Below, one piece after another: positions 1 through 9,361 of a DNA stretch of 32,000 nucleotides. Both the position numbers and the translations under genes were made by a program. The notes under the pieces were generated by a model, which saw only the letters and a list, made by a program, of their open reading frames with translations, searched no databases and was not told the origin of the DNA. This stretch comes from Propionibacterium ruminifibrarum (lineage in GTDB: Bacteria; Actinomycetota; Actinomycetes; Propionibacteriales; Propionibacteriaceae), in the NCBI RefSeq assembly GCF_900289195.1, contig NZ_OMOH01000004.1, forward strand, positions 324,456 through 356,455, given 5' to 3'. Within the stretch, counting starts at the first letter, position 1. Each line of letters opens with the position of its first letter.

Positions 1-628
1 CCTGCAGGGTGGGCAGGCCGGCCACGAGGTCGGCGAAGTGGTTCGACAGGCGGGTCTGCTGGGTGAAACGCCGGTCGACCTGCTTGGCGGTTGCGATGCC
101 GATGAGCGCCATGAAGACCGGGATGAGGGGGATCGTCACGGCGATCATGACTGCCGAGCGCAGGTCCTGGGTGAGGATCGCGACGCCGATGATGAGCGGC
201 ACGCTGGCGGCCATCATGAGTTGCGGCAGATATTTCGAGTAGTAGCCGTCGAGGGCGTCAAGCCCCTGCGTGACGAGCGTGATGAGCGTGCCGGAGGGCG
301 CCGACGCGTCGTTGGGTTGCTGCAGGCGGGCCCGCATGACGTCGGTACGAAGCTGGGACTTCACGGCGGAGCAGGCGCGATGGGCGAACAGCTGCGAGAC
401 CCAGTTCAAGATGGCGCGTGCGGCGAAGACGGCCAGCAGCAGGACCGCGGTGCGCGCGATACCGTCCATGTCGCCGGTGTCGACGACGTGTGCGACGCCG
501 TCTGCGATGAGCCGCGCCTGGGCGAGCACGAGGAAGGCCGTCGCCACGCCGACCAGCGCGATCGCGACGAGGAAGAATCTCGTCGCCCTGGCCCGCCTGA
601 TCAGGCGCGGGTCGAGTGGGCTCGGCAT
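1..628 (-). CDS. cydD: Thiol-reductant ABC exporter subunit CydD, N-terminal part (gene continues past the left window edge)
   Basis: Absent from the ORF track because it is open at the window edge. My minus-strand translation from the ATG at 628-626 reads MPSPLDPRLIRRARATRFFLVAIALVGVATAFLVLAQARLIADG...KQVDRRFTQQTRLSNHFADLVAGLPTLQ, which is an ABC transmembrane-domain N-terminus. GGAGGAG (complement of 637-643) lies 8 nt upstream. The gene sits directly downstream of cydA-cydB, as in cydABDC clusters. Confidence 0.75.
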   Translation of the reverse strand, partial: MPSPLDPRLIRRARATRFFLVAIALVGVATAFLVLAQARLIADGVAHVVDTGDMDGIARTAVLLLAVFAARAILNWVSQLFAHRACSAVKSQLRTDVMRARLQQPNDASAPSGTLITLVTQGLDALDGYYSKYLPQLMMAASVPLIIGVAILTQDLRSAVMIAVTIPLIPVFMALIGIATAKQVDRRFTQQTRLSNHFADLVAGLPTLQ

Positions 629-768
629 CGGCCGGTCTCCTCCCCCAGTCGTTCCGCACTGCCGCCGTGGGCCCTCGCACACGATTTTTCACGATGATAC
701 CCATGAAAATAATGTCGGCAGGGCAACTCCCAGTGAGACCGTACCTGCATGGTCCCGCCGCCGGCGAC

Positions 769-1905
<1,137 letters not shown>

Positions 1906-1919
1906 GGGTCGGTCACCTC

Positions 1920-3428
1920 TCAGTACGCGAAGGACATCGGGCGGTCGGTGTCGCTCGCGGCGGGAGCGACCAGTTCGGGCAGACCTTCCCTGATCGTCCG
2001 GATGAACAGCTTCAGCACGACCACGGCCACGGCGGCGTAGATCAGCGTGTACAGGACCATCGTGAGGAGCACGTCGAGTGCGCTGTTGCCCGGTGAGACG
2101 CCGGCGGCGGTGGGCAGGACGCCATAGACGATCCAGGGTTGACGGCCCATCTCGGTGAAGATCCAGCCGAAGGAGTTGGCGAACAGCGGCAGGAACGGCA
2201 GACACACCATGACGGCGGTGTAGAGACGGCCCCCGCCGGGGACACGGCCGGCGCGGGTGAGCCACAGCATGACGGCACCGATGCCGATGGCCAGGCAGCC
2301 GAGGGCGATCATGAGGCGGAAGCTGTAGAAGCTCACCATCACGTTCGGCACCGGGTCGACCGGCATGTCCCTGAGTTCGGCGGCGAATGCCTCCTGCAGC
2401 TGGTTGACCTCGCCGTCGTTGTCCCGGTAGCCCTCGTCGAGGTACTGCTGGCGCAGGTCCTGGATGCCCTGGACGGTGGCGTTCGGGTCGTGCTGGGCGA
2501 GGACCGACAGCACGTAGGGCACCTCGATGCTGAGCACCTTGTGGTAGGTGGTCTCGGCGCCCTCGCCCTCGGTGGTGATGATGGCGACGATGGAGAACGG
2601 CGCGCCCTCCTCGGCCTCGATGAGTCCCTCGGACGCGGCCAGTTTCATGGGCTGGTACTGGGTCTCGACCTGGGCCTGCAGGTCACCCGAGACGAGGGTG
2701 GCGGCGCCGGCGAACAGCAGCACCCAGGCGCCCAGGCGGGCGGACTTGCGCCACGTGTCGACGTCGGCCTGCCCGCCTGCGTCGGCCAGGGCCTCACGCC
2801 GCTTGGCGGCGAGCCACCAGCCGCTCACGCCGAGCAGCAGGGCGCCGGCGACCATGAGTGAGGCGCCGATCTGGTGCGGGAAGGTGGCGAGGAAGAAGGG
2901 ATTGGTGAGCACATCGGTGAAGCTCGACAGCTCGGCGCGTCCCGCCGCCTCGTTGTAGACGGCGCCGACCGGGTTCTGCATCCAGCAGTTGGCCGACAGG
3001 ATGAAGGCGGCCGAGGCGGTGCTGCCGAGGGCGACGAGGTAGATGCAGGCCAGGTGCAGCGCCCTGGGCAGCCGGTTCCAGCCGAAGATCCACAGGCCGA
3101 TGAAGGTTGACTCCATGAAGAAGGCGATCAGGGCCTCGAGCGCCAGGGGTGCGCCGAAGATGTCGCCGACGAACCGTGAGTACTCCGACCAGTTCATGCC
3201 GAACTGGAACTCCTGCACGATGCCGGTGACGACACCGGCGGCGAAATTGATGAGCATGAGCTTGGCGAAGAACTTCACCAGGCGCAGCCATTGGTCGTCT
3301 CGCGTACGCATCCAGGCGGTCTGCATCCCGGCGATGAGCCAGGTGATGCCGATGGTGATGGGTACGAAGAGGAAGTGGTAAACGGTGGTGATGCCGAACT
3401 GCCACCGCGAGAGAACCTCAGCGTCCAT
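1920..3428 (-). CDS. cydA: Cytochrome bd ubiquinol oxidase subunit I
   Basis: ORF-track entry 1920..3464 has a TTG start. I prefer the ATG at 3428, which gives MDAEVLSRWQFGITTVYHFLFVPITIG, the canonical CydA N-terminus. The rest is a long polytopic protein with a Q-loop-like hydrophilic insert. Confidence 0.9.
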   Translation of the reverse strand: MDAEVLSRWQFGITTVYHFLFVPITIGITWLIAGMQTAWMRTRDDQWLRLVKFFAKLMLINFAAGVVTGIVQEFQFGMNWSEYSRFVGDIFGAPLALEALIAFFMESTFIGLWIFGWNRLPRALHLACIYLVALGSTASAAFILSANCWMQNPVGAVYNEAAGRAELSSFTDVLTNPFFLATFPHQIGASLMVAGALLLGVSGWWLAAKRREALADAGGQADVDTWRKSARLGAWVLLFAGAATLVSGDLQAQVETQYQPMKLAASEGLIEAEEGAPFSIVAIITTEGEGAETTYHKVLSIEVPYVLSVLAQHDPNATVQGIQDLRQQYLDEGYRDNDGEVNQLQEAFAAELRDMPVDPVPNVMVSFYSFRLMIALGCLAIGIGAVMLWLTRAGRVPGGGRLYTAVMVCLPFLPLFANSFGWIFTEMGRQPWIVYGVLPTAAGVSPGNSALDVLLTMVLYTLIYAAVAVVVLKLFIRTIREGLPELVAPAASDTDRPMSFAY

Positions 3429-3650
3429 GGCAGGCAGGCTAGGCCCTGCGACACCCTGACGCAAAAATCAGGGATCGCACCGTTCGCGTCCGGCTGACGA
3501 GTCCGCCCCCCGAACCTCTCGACAACTGTTTAGGTCTGGCCCCAGCCATACAAAACAGCCAGAGAAATTCCTTGTCGGAGAGGATTCTTCCGGTCATTTC
3601 ACCTGTTGTGAACACGGCGCTCCCCAGCCGGGGGAGAACCCACTGGGAGG

Positions 3651-4274
3651 CTATGCCCGCAGGAGGAGGGGGGCGTCGGCGGGGTCGGTGAGACCCGCCG
3701 GCCAGGCGTAGGCCTCGGCCCGGCCACGGGCCCGTGACCAGGGCACGGGGCCATCGAGGGCATCGGCCATGCCCATGTAGACGCCGAACAGTTCCGCGGT
3801 GGCCCGCGCATCCCCCAGGGCGGAGTGGGCGTGCTCCAGGTTGACGCCCGCCGCCCGGCAGCAGTCGGCGAGCTTGAAGGTGGGCGGGCGGGGGCTCAGC
3901 AGCCTGCGGCCCAGGCGCATCGTGCAGGCCGAGGGCATCCGCTCCGGCGGCAGCTCGGTGCCGACGCGCCGCAGCTCGGAGTCGAGGAAGGACACGTCGA
4001 AGGACGCGTTGTGCGCGACGACGAGCCTGCCGCGCAGCTGGTCGACGAGACGCCCGGTGACCTGTCCCAGGGTGGGGGCGGCGGCGACATCGCGTTCGGT
4101 GATGTGGTGCACGGCGGTGGCCCCCACATCGCGGCCCGGTTGGATGAGCGTGCCCCACTCCCCCTGCCTGCGGCCCTGCTCGTCGAGCAGCACGACGCCT
4201 ATCTCGACGATCCGGTCGCCCATTCTCGGCGAGAATCCGGTCGTCTCGAGGTCGAGCACTGCGTATCCGGGCAT
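3651..4274 (-). CDS. DEDDh-family 3'-5' exonuclease (DnaQ / DNA polymerase III epsilon-like), stand-alone
   Basis: ORF 3651..4397 trimmed to the ATG at 4274 (MPGYAVLDLETTGFSP...). The three Exo motifs are visible: LDLETTG, VAHNASFDVSFL and HSALGDARATAELF. Confidence 0.85.
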   Translation of the reverse strand: MPGYAVLDLETTGFSPRMGDRIVEIGVVLLDEQGRRQGEWGTLIQPGRDVGATAVHHITERDVAAAPTLGQVTGRLVDQLRGRLVVAHNASFDVSFLDSELRRVGTELPPERMPSACTMRLGRRLLSPRPPTFKLADCCRAAGVNLEHAHSALGDARATAELFGVYMGMADALDGPVPWSRARGRAEAYAWPAGLTDPADAPLLLRA

Positions 4275-4494
4275 GCAGCGATTCTTGCACCCGGCACCGA
4301 CCGGCCCGAGCCCCGTCCATCGACCCGGCGCCCACGACCGGCCGGAGCCCGGCCGTCTCACCACAACGGCCAGGACCCTCGCCTCGAAATGTCCCAATCC
4401 CCATGACCGGGGACCACCAAGACCGGTAGGTTCGGAACATCACCCCAGACCGGTCACCCCGGACGACCCGTCTCCATGGAAGGAGATCGACCTC

Positions 4495-5580
4495 GTGAGC
4501 GCACCCCAGCCGCCGGGCACCGGCCTGCCCGCCGCCCCGAAACCCGCCGGGCGACGTCCCGTGAACCAGCGGCTCATCGTCGGCATCGTCATCGCCCTCG
4601 CCCTCGCGATGGTCGCCGCCGGCATCGTGACCAGCTGGGTGCGCGACCGCGGGACGCTGGGGAAGGCCCGGGAGGTCGTCGAGGACTACCTGACCGCCGT
4701 CGCCGAGGGGGACGCGGACCGGGCCCGCAGCCATCTGGACACCTCTCGCAACTATTCCGGGGACGACTCCCTGCTCACCGACGAGGTGCTCCGGGCCTCG
4801 AAGGAACGCGCGCCGATGAGCGGCATCGACGTCGGCGAGGCCACCAAGGATCAGGACCGATCGGCCACCTATCACGTGCCGGTCTCCTACACCGTCGGCG
4901 AGGACACGGTGTCCACCACCGTCGAGGTGCAGGTCATCAGCTCCCCCGACGATCCCGTGGTCATCAGCCTCACGCGTCTGAGGCTGGACCAGTACAGGGG
5001 TGCCGAGGTCACGGTCAACGGCGTCACCGCGCGCAGCAACGCCCCGGCCGTCTTCCCCGGCAGCTACACGGTGGCGCCCGCCAGCGAGTACCTCGAGATC
5101 GTCCGCGGCGACGTCGCGGCAACCGACGTCGCCAAGGAGGACTACACCCCGTCGAAGGAGAGCCATCTGGCCGTCTCCGAAGCAGGCGTGGAACTGTTCC
5201 GCGACAAGGTCGTCGCCGAGGCCGAGAGGTGCCTGGCCTCCACCAGGCTCGACCCGGGCTGCGGCGCCGTGATGCCCCAGCACCCGGACCCGGCCCTCTA
5301 CTTCAAGTGCGCCGAGGTCAGGGAGGGCTCGGTCCACCGCTGGCAGGAGCCCGAGGAGGCCGCCAGGCTGCACTCGGTGACACCCGAACCCAAGATCGGG
5401 TCACCGACCGTCATCAGGGCAGATGGTGACCAGCTCGGCCGCATCAGGCTCACCGCCACCTGCCGCCAGGGCGACACCTGGAGCGAACGTGAAATGGACC
5501 GGTACGACCCGGGCACCCGGTTCGGTTCCCCGTCCCTCGACCTGACCGATCCGGACCGGAAGATCATGTGGACCACCTGA
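4495..5580 (+). CDS. Uncharacterised single-pass membrane protein, tandem-paralog family, copy 1
   Basis: Frame of ORF 3799..5580, trimmed to the GTG at 4495. GGAAGGAG at 4478-4485 lies 9 nt upstream. The product then begins VSAPQPPG, like the MS(T/A)PQxPG starts of the paralogs. It has a short Pro-rich tail, one hydrophobic helix (LIVGIVIALALAMVAAGIV) and an ectodomain with all family blocks: YLTAVAEGDA, SLLTDEVL, VNGV..VFPGSY, YLEI, VSEAG..FR.KVVAEA..CLASTRLDPGCG, SVHRWQEPEEAA, TATCRQGDTW, FGSPSLDLTDPD. Confidence 0.8.
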   Translation: MSAPQPPGTGLPAAPKPAGRRPVNQRLIVGIVIALALAMVAAGIVTSWVRDRGTLGKAREVVEDYLTAVAEGDADRARSHLDTSRNYSGDDSLLTDEVLRASKERAPMSGIDVGEATKDQDRSATYHVPVSYTVGEDTVSTTVEVQVISSPDDPVVISLTRLRLDQYRGAEVTVNGVTARSNAPAVFPGSYTVAPASEYLEIVRGDVAATDVAKEDYTPSKESHLAVSEAGVELFRDKVVAEAERCLASTRLDPGCGAVMPQHPDPALYFKCAEVREGSVHRWQEPEEAARLHSVTPEPKIGSPTVIRADGDQLGRIRLTATCRQGDTWSEREMDRYDPGTRFGSPSLDLTDPDRKIMWTT

Positions 5581-5647
5581 CCCGCCGGCACGCCCTGTCC
5601 GGGCCGGCCCGTTCGTCCGGCTCGCCCCGACCAGGAAGGATCATTCC

Positions 5648-6871
5648 ATGAGCACACCCCAGCCACCGGTCCACGGCGCACCGGGCCCGTTCCCGATGGG
5701 CGGCCAGGCCCCCCAGAACGCGTGGCCCGGCCAGGCCCCCCAGAACGCGTGGCCCGGCCAGGGCCCCTATGCGGGGGCCTGGCCCACGCCGGGCGGCACG
5801 CCCGCTCCGACGGGTCGCACCACTCGACCAAGGAGGACCCGGGCAGTCATCATCATCGGCGCGGTCGTGCTGGCGCTGATCATCGGCGCCGCCCTGACGC
5901 GCACCGCCCTGGGTGGCTCCGACGAGGACCTGTCCAGGAAGATCGTCGAGGAGTACCTCACCGCGGTCGCCGAGGGAGACGCCGACAAGGCCAAGGGCTT
6001 CCTGTCCTACTCCTCCGCTGACGAGTCCCTGCTCACCGACGAGGTGCTCCGCGTCTCGAACGAGCTCGCCCCGATGACGAACATCACCGTCGGCAGTGTC
6101 ACAGCGAGCAGCGAACACGCCAACGACTACCTGGTGCAGGCCTCCTATGACATCGGGGACGAATCCGTCTCGACCACCATGACGGTGTTCATCACCAGCA
6201 GGAGGTCACTCCTGCCCAGCAAGAAAATCGTGACCATCACGGACCACACAAGACTGTCACTGAGTTTGTTCGAAGACGTCGACTTCACGGTCAATGGCGT
6301 CACTCCCGACACGGACTATCCCGACGTCTTCCCCGGCACCTATGAGTTGGCGGTGAGCAACGAGTACCTCGAGATCACCGGCGACCCCATCGCGGCCCTC
6401 GACCCGGCCGGGAACGCCTATTCCCCCTTCGACACGGGTCCCGACGGGCGGCGCGAGAAGAACACCGTGGGCGTCTCCGAGGCCGGCGTGCAGATGTTCC
6501 GCGAGAAGGTCGTCGCCGAGGCCACCGAATGCCTGGCCTCCACCAGGCTCAGTCCCGGCTGCGGCACCTGGGTGCCGCAACGCCCGGACAGAGAGTTACG
6601 ATGCGAAGAGGTCCGCGAGGACTCGGTCCACCGCTGGCAGGAGCCCGAGGAGGCCGCCAAGCTGCAAAATGTCACGCCCGTCCACAGGCTCGGTCCGCCG
6701 ACAACCCTCGAGGCCGTTTCCACCCAACTCGGCGACATCGAGGTCACCGCCACCTGCCGCCAGGGCGACACCTGGACCGAACAGCGACTGTACAGCTATG
6801 AGGCCACCTATTTCGGCACCGCCTCCATCGACCTGACCGACCCGGACCTCGCGGTCGTCTGGGGCCGCTGA
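5648..6871 (+). CDS. Uncharacterised single-pass membrane protein, tandem-paralog family, copy 2
   Basis: ORF-track entry of 407 aa. The product starts MSTPQPPV and has a Pro/Gly/Gln/Trp-rich tail with a duplicated GQAPQNAWP. The predicted helix is AVIIIGAVVLALIIGAAL, followed by the conserved ectodomain blocks. AGGAAGGA lies upstream of the ATG. Confidence 0.85.
   Translation: MSTPQPPVHGAPGPFPMGGQAPQNAWPGQAPQNAWPGQGPYAGAWPTPGGTPAPTGRTTRPRRTRAVIIIGAVVLALIIGAALTRTALGGSDEDLSRKIVEEYLTAVAEGDADKAKGFLSYSSADESLLTDEVLRVSNELAPMTNITVGSVTASSEHANDYLVQASYDIGDESVSTTMTVFITSRRSLLPSKKIVTITDHTRLSLSLFEDVDFTVNGVTPDTDYPDVFPGTYELAVSNEYLEITGDPIAALDPAGNAYSPFDTGPDGRREKNTVGVSEAGVQMFREKVVAEATECLASTRLSPGCGTWVPQRPDRELRCEEVREDSVHRWQEPEEAAKLQNVTPVHRLGPPTTLEAVSTQLGDIEVTATCRQGDTWTEQRLYSYEATYFGTASIDLTDPDLAVVWGR
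5702..5755 (+). repeat. Perfect 27-nt in-frame tandem duplication (ggccaggccccccagaacgcgtggccc x2) inside the copy-2 tail
   Basis: 5702-5728 and 5729-5755 are identical, followed by a partial third unit (ggccagggcccc). Each unit encodes GQAPQNAWP. Confidence 0.95.
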
Positions 6872-6981
6872 GCACGCCGGCACGGCCCACGTGCGACCCG
6901 GGCGCCGCCCGCACGGTTCATGACACGCCCGGCCGGCGACCGCGCGCCTGGGATGATGGTGCCGCGGAGAGGAGCACGCCC

Positions 6982-8202
6982 ATGAGCACACCCCAGCACC
7001 CCGGCGACGGCGACGCCGGGCAGCCGGCCGACTGGGCGAGCCGGCCGGCCAGGCCCGCCGACGGCTGGTGGCCGAGCCCAGCGGCGGCCGGCCCGGGCCA
7101 CGAACCCACGGCCGCAGCACCTGCGTCCGTGCAGGGCGCCGTCACCGGGCGGGCGGGGCGCCCGGCTCTCGCCGTGGCGTCCACCGGCGGATCGAGGGCG
7201 ACGGTCGTCATCGTCGCCGCGGTCCTCCTGGCCATGCTCATCGCCGCCGTCACGCTGAGCACCGCCGTGAACTCGAACGAGGGCCGCGCCAGGCGGATCG
7301 TCAGGGAGTACCTCACCGCGGTCGCCGAGGGGGACGCCGAGAAGGCGCGCGGCTACCTGAGCGAGGTCGACGACGACTCCCTGCTCACCGGCGAGGTGCT
7401 CCGCGTCTCGAACGAGCTCGCCCCGATGACCGACATCTCCGTCGGCAGGGTGAGGCACTCGCGCTACATCAGCACGGACTACCAGGTGCGGGTCTCCTAC
7501 CGGATCGGAGACGAGACGGTCTCGACCATCATGGATGTGTCCCTCCCCCGCCAGAACTCGTCCACCGCGGTCAAGAGCGCCGGTGTCGCCAGCCTCTCCT
7601 CGCTGTGGCTGACCGGGTTCGGCGACATCGACGTCACGGTCAACGGCGTCATCCCCGACACGAACAGACCGGCCGTCTTCCCCGGCAACTACAAGATCGC
7701 GGCGAGCAACGAGTACCTCGAGATCACCGGCGACCCCATCGCCGCCACCGACCCGTCCGAGCACAGTTACTCCGCCGCTGCCGCCGGCAATGAGTTGGCC
7801 GTCTCCGAGGCCGGCGTGCAGATGTTCCGCGACAAAGTCATCGCCGCCGCCCGGGAATGCCTGGCCTCCACCAAACTCAGCCCCGGCTGCGGCACCAAAG
7901 TGCCCCAGTACCCGAACAACAATCCACGGTGCGAGGAGGTCCGTGAGGACTCCGTCCACCGTCGGCAGGAACCCGAGGAGGCAGCCAAACTGGAGTCGTT
8001 CACGCCCAAGCTCAAGGCCGGGGCCCCGATGACCATCACGGCCGGCCCCACCGATCTCGGCTACTTCACGCCCACCGCCACCTGCCGCACGGGCGACACC
8101 TGGACCGAGCAGCAGTTGTACGGCCCCACCGAGGCCACTCGTTTCAGCGCCCCGTCCATCGACCTGACCGACCCCGACCTCGCGCTCGCCTGGGAGGGCT
8201 GA
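6982..8202 (+). CDS. Uncharacterised single-pass membrane protein, tandem-paralog family, copy 3
   Basis: ORF-track entry of 406 aa. The product starts MSTPQHPG. The tail contains DWASRPARPADGWWP and the predicted helix is VVIVAAVLLAMLIAAVTL. The conserved ectodomain blocks are present. GGAGAGGAG lies upstream. Confidence 0.85.
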   Translation: MSTPQHPGDGDAGQPADWASRPARPADGWWPSPAAAGPGHEPTAAAPASVQGAVTGRAGRPALAVASTGGSRATVVIVAAVLLAMLIAAVTLSTAVNSNEGRARRIVREYLTAVAEGDAEKARGYLSEVDDDSLLTGEVLRVSNELAPMTDISVGRVRHSRYISTDYQVRVSYRIGDETVSTIMDVSLPRQNSSTAVKSAGVASLSSLWLTGFGDIDVTVNGVIPDTNRPAVFPGNYKIAASNEYLEITGDPIAATDPSEHSYSAAAAGNELAVSEAGVQMFRDKVIAAARECLASTKLSPGCGTKVPQYPNNNPRCEEVREDSVHRRQEPEEAAKLESFTPKLKAGAPMTITAGPTDLGYFTPTATCRTGDTWTEQQLYGPTEATRFSAPSIDLTDPDLALAWEG

Positions 8203-8210
8203 GTACCGCC

Positions 8211-9242
8211 ATGAGACCGCACACCACCCCGAACACCACGAAGCGCACGGCCGTCGTCGCTACCGTCCTCCTGTCCCTGGTCATCGGTGTCGCGCTGGCG
8301 ACCGCCATCTGGCACCGGGCCGCCATCGGGCACCGGGACGGGCAGGCGGCCAGGGAGACGGTCGGGGCCTATCTCACCGCCGTCGCCGAGGGAGACGCCG
8401 AAACGGCCCGCGGCTATCTGGGCGAGGTCGACGACGACTCCCTGCTCACCGACGAGGTACTCGAGGAATCCCGTGCGCGCGCCCCCATGACCGACATCAC
8501 CGTCGGCCGCGCCACCAAGAACTGGCTCGAAGACGGCGTCTACGACGTGCAGGTCGCCTACACCCTCGGGGAGGAGGTCTCCACCGTCATGCGAGTGGAG
8601 ACCGCCGGTGGCCTGGTCATCACCAGCGTGTCCTGGTTGTGGCTGGCCGAGTTCACCGACGTCGACTTCACGGTCAATGGCGCCATCCCCGCCACCGATG
8701 AACCGAACGTCTTCCCCGGCAGCTATCTGCTGGAGGCCAGCAACGAGTACCTCGAGATCGCCGGCGAGCCCATCGCGGCCACGGACACGAGCATCGCGCC
8801 CTACGGCCCCTCTGTGGAGAACGAGCTGGTCGTCTCCGAGGCCGGCATCCAGATGTTCCGCGGCAAGGTCGTCGCCGAGGCCACCGAATGCCTGGCCTCC
8901 ACCAGGCTCGACCCCGGCTGCGGAATCCACGCGATACCCCAGTACCCCGACTCGGTACCCGAATGTGAGGAGATCGGTGAGGACTCCGTCCAACGCCACC
9001 TGGACGCCGGCCAGGCAGCCCGGCTCGAAACGGTGACCCCCGAACCCGACCATTGGGAGCCGACCATCATCAAGGTCCTGTTCACCGAGCTCGGCCGCTT
9101 CACCGTCACCGTCAGTTGCCGCACCGGCGACACCTGGAGCAGCCGCGAGATCGCCGACTACAGCCAGATCCGGGGCCTCTTCTTCGGTTCCCCGTCCATC
9201 GACCTGACCGACCCCGATCTCGCGGTCGTCTGGGACAGATGA
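8211..9242 (+). CDS. Uncharacterised single-pass membrane protein, tandem-paralog family, copy 4 (lacks the Pro-rich tail)
   Basis: ORF-track entry of 343 aa. The ATG lies only 8 nt after the copy-3 stop. About 12 residues precede the helix AVVATVLLSLVIGVALATAI. The ectodomain blocks are conserved (YLTAVAEGDAETARGYL, VSEAGIQMFRGKVVAEATECLASTRLDPGCG, FGSPSIDLTDPDLAVVW). Confidence 0.85.
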   Translation: MRPHTTPNTTKRTAVVATVLLSLVIGVALATAIWHRAAIGHRDGQAARETVGAYLTAVAEGDAETARGYLGEVDDDSLLTDEVLEESRARAPMTDITVGRATKNWLEDGVYDVQVAYTLGEEVSTVMRVETAGGLVITSVSWLWLAEFTDVDFTVNGAIPATDEPNVFPGSYLLEASNEYLEIAGEPIAATDTSIAPYGPSVENELVVSEAGIQMFRGKVVAEATECLASTRLDPGCGIHAIPQYPDSVPECEEIGEDSVQRHLDAGQAARLETVTPEPDHWEPTIIKVLFTELGRFTVTVSCRTGDTWSSREIADYSQIRGLFFGSPSIDLTDPDLAVVWDR

Positions 9243-9361
9243 CCCGCCACACCGACACGGGCCGCCGCGACCACCTGGGGCACACCCCCTGTTCCGACGC
9301 AGTCCGCTCTGGCGAGGCGGCCCTGTCCCTGCCATGATGGCCCGCAGGAGAGGACCCCACC

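Noticed and set aside
3598-3612. TTCAC-ctgtt-GTGAA upstream of cydA as a Rex (ROP) or CRP/FNR-type operator.
   Set aside because: Rex sites are TTGTGAA-N4-TTCACAA and CRP sites are TGTGA-N6-TCACA, with half-sites facing the other way round. Here only one TTGTGAA half-site fits, and the arms are 5 bp. It could equally be a weak hairpin after the exonuclease gene.
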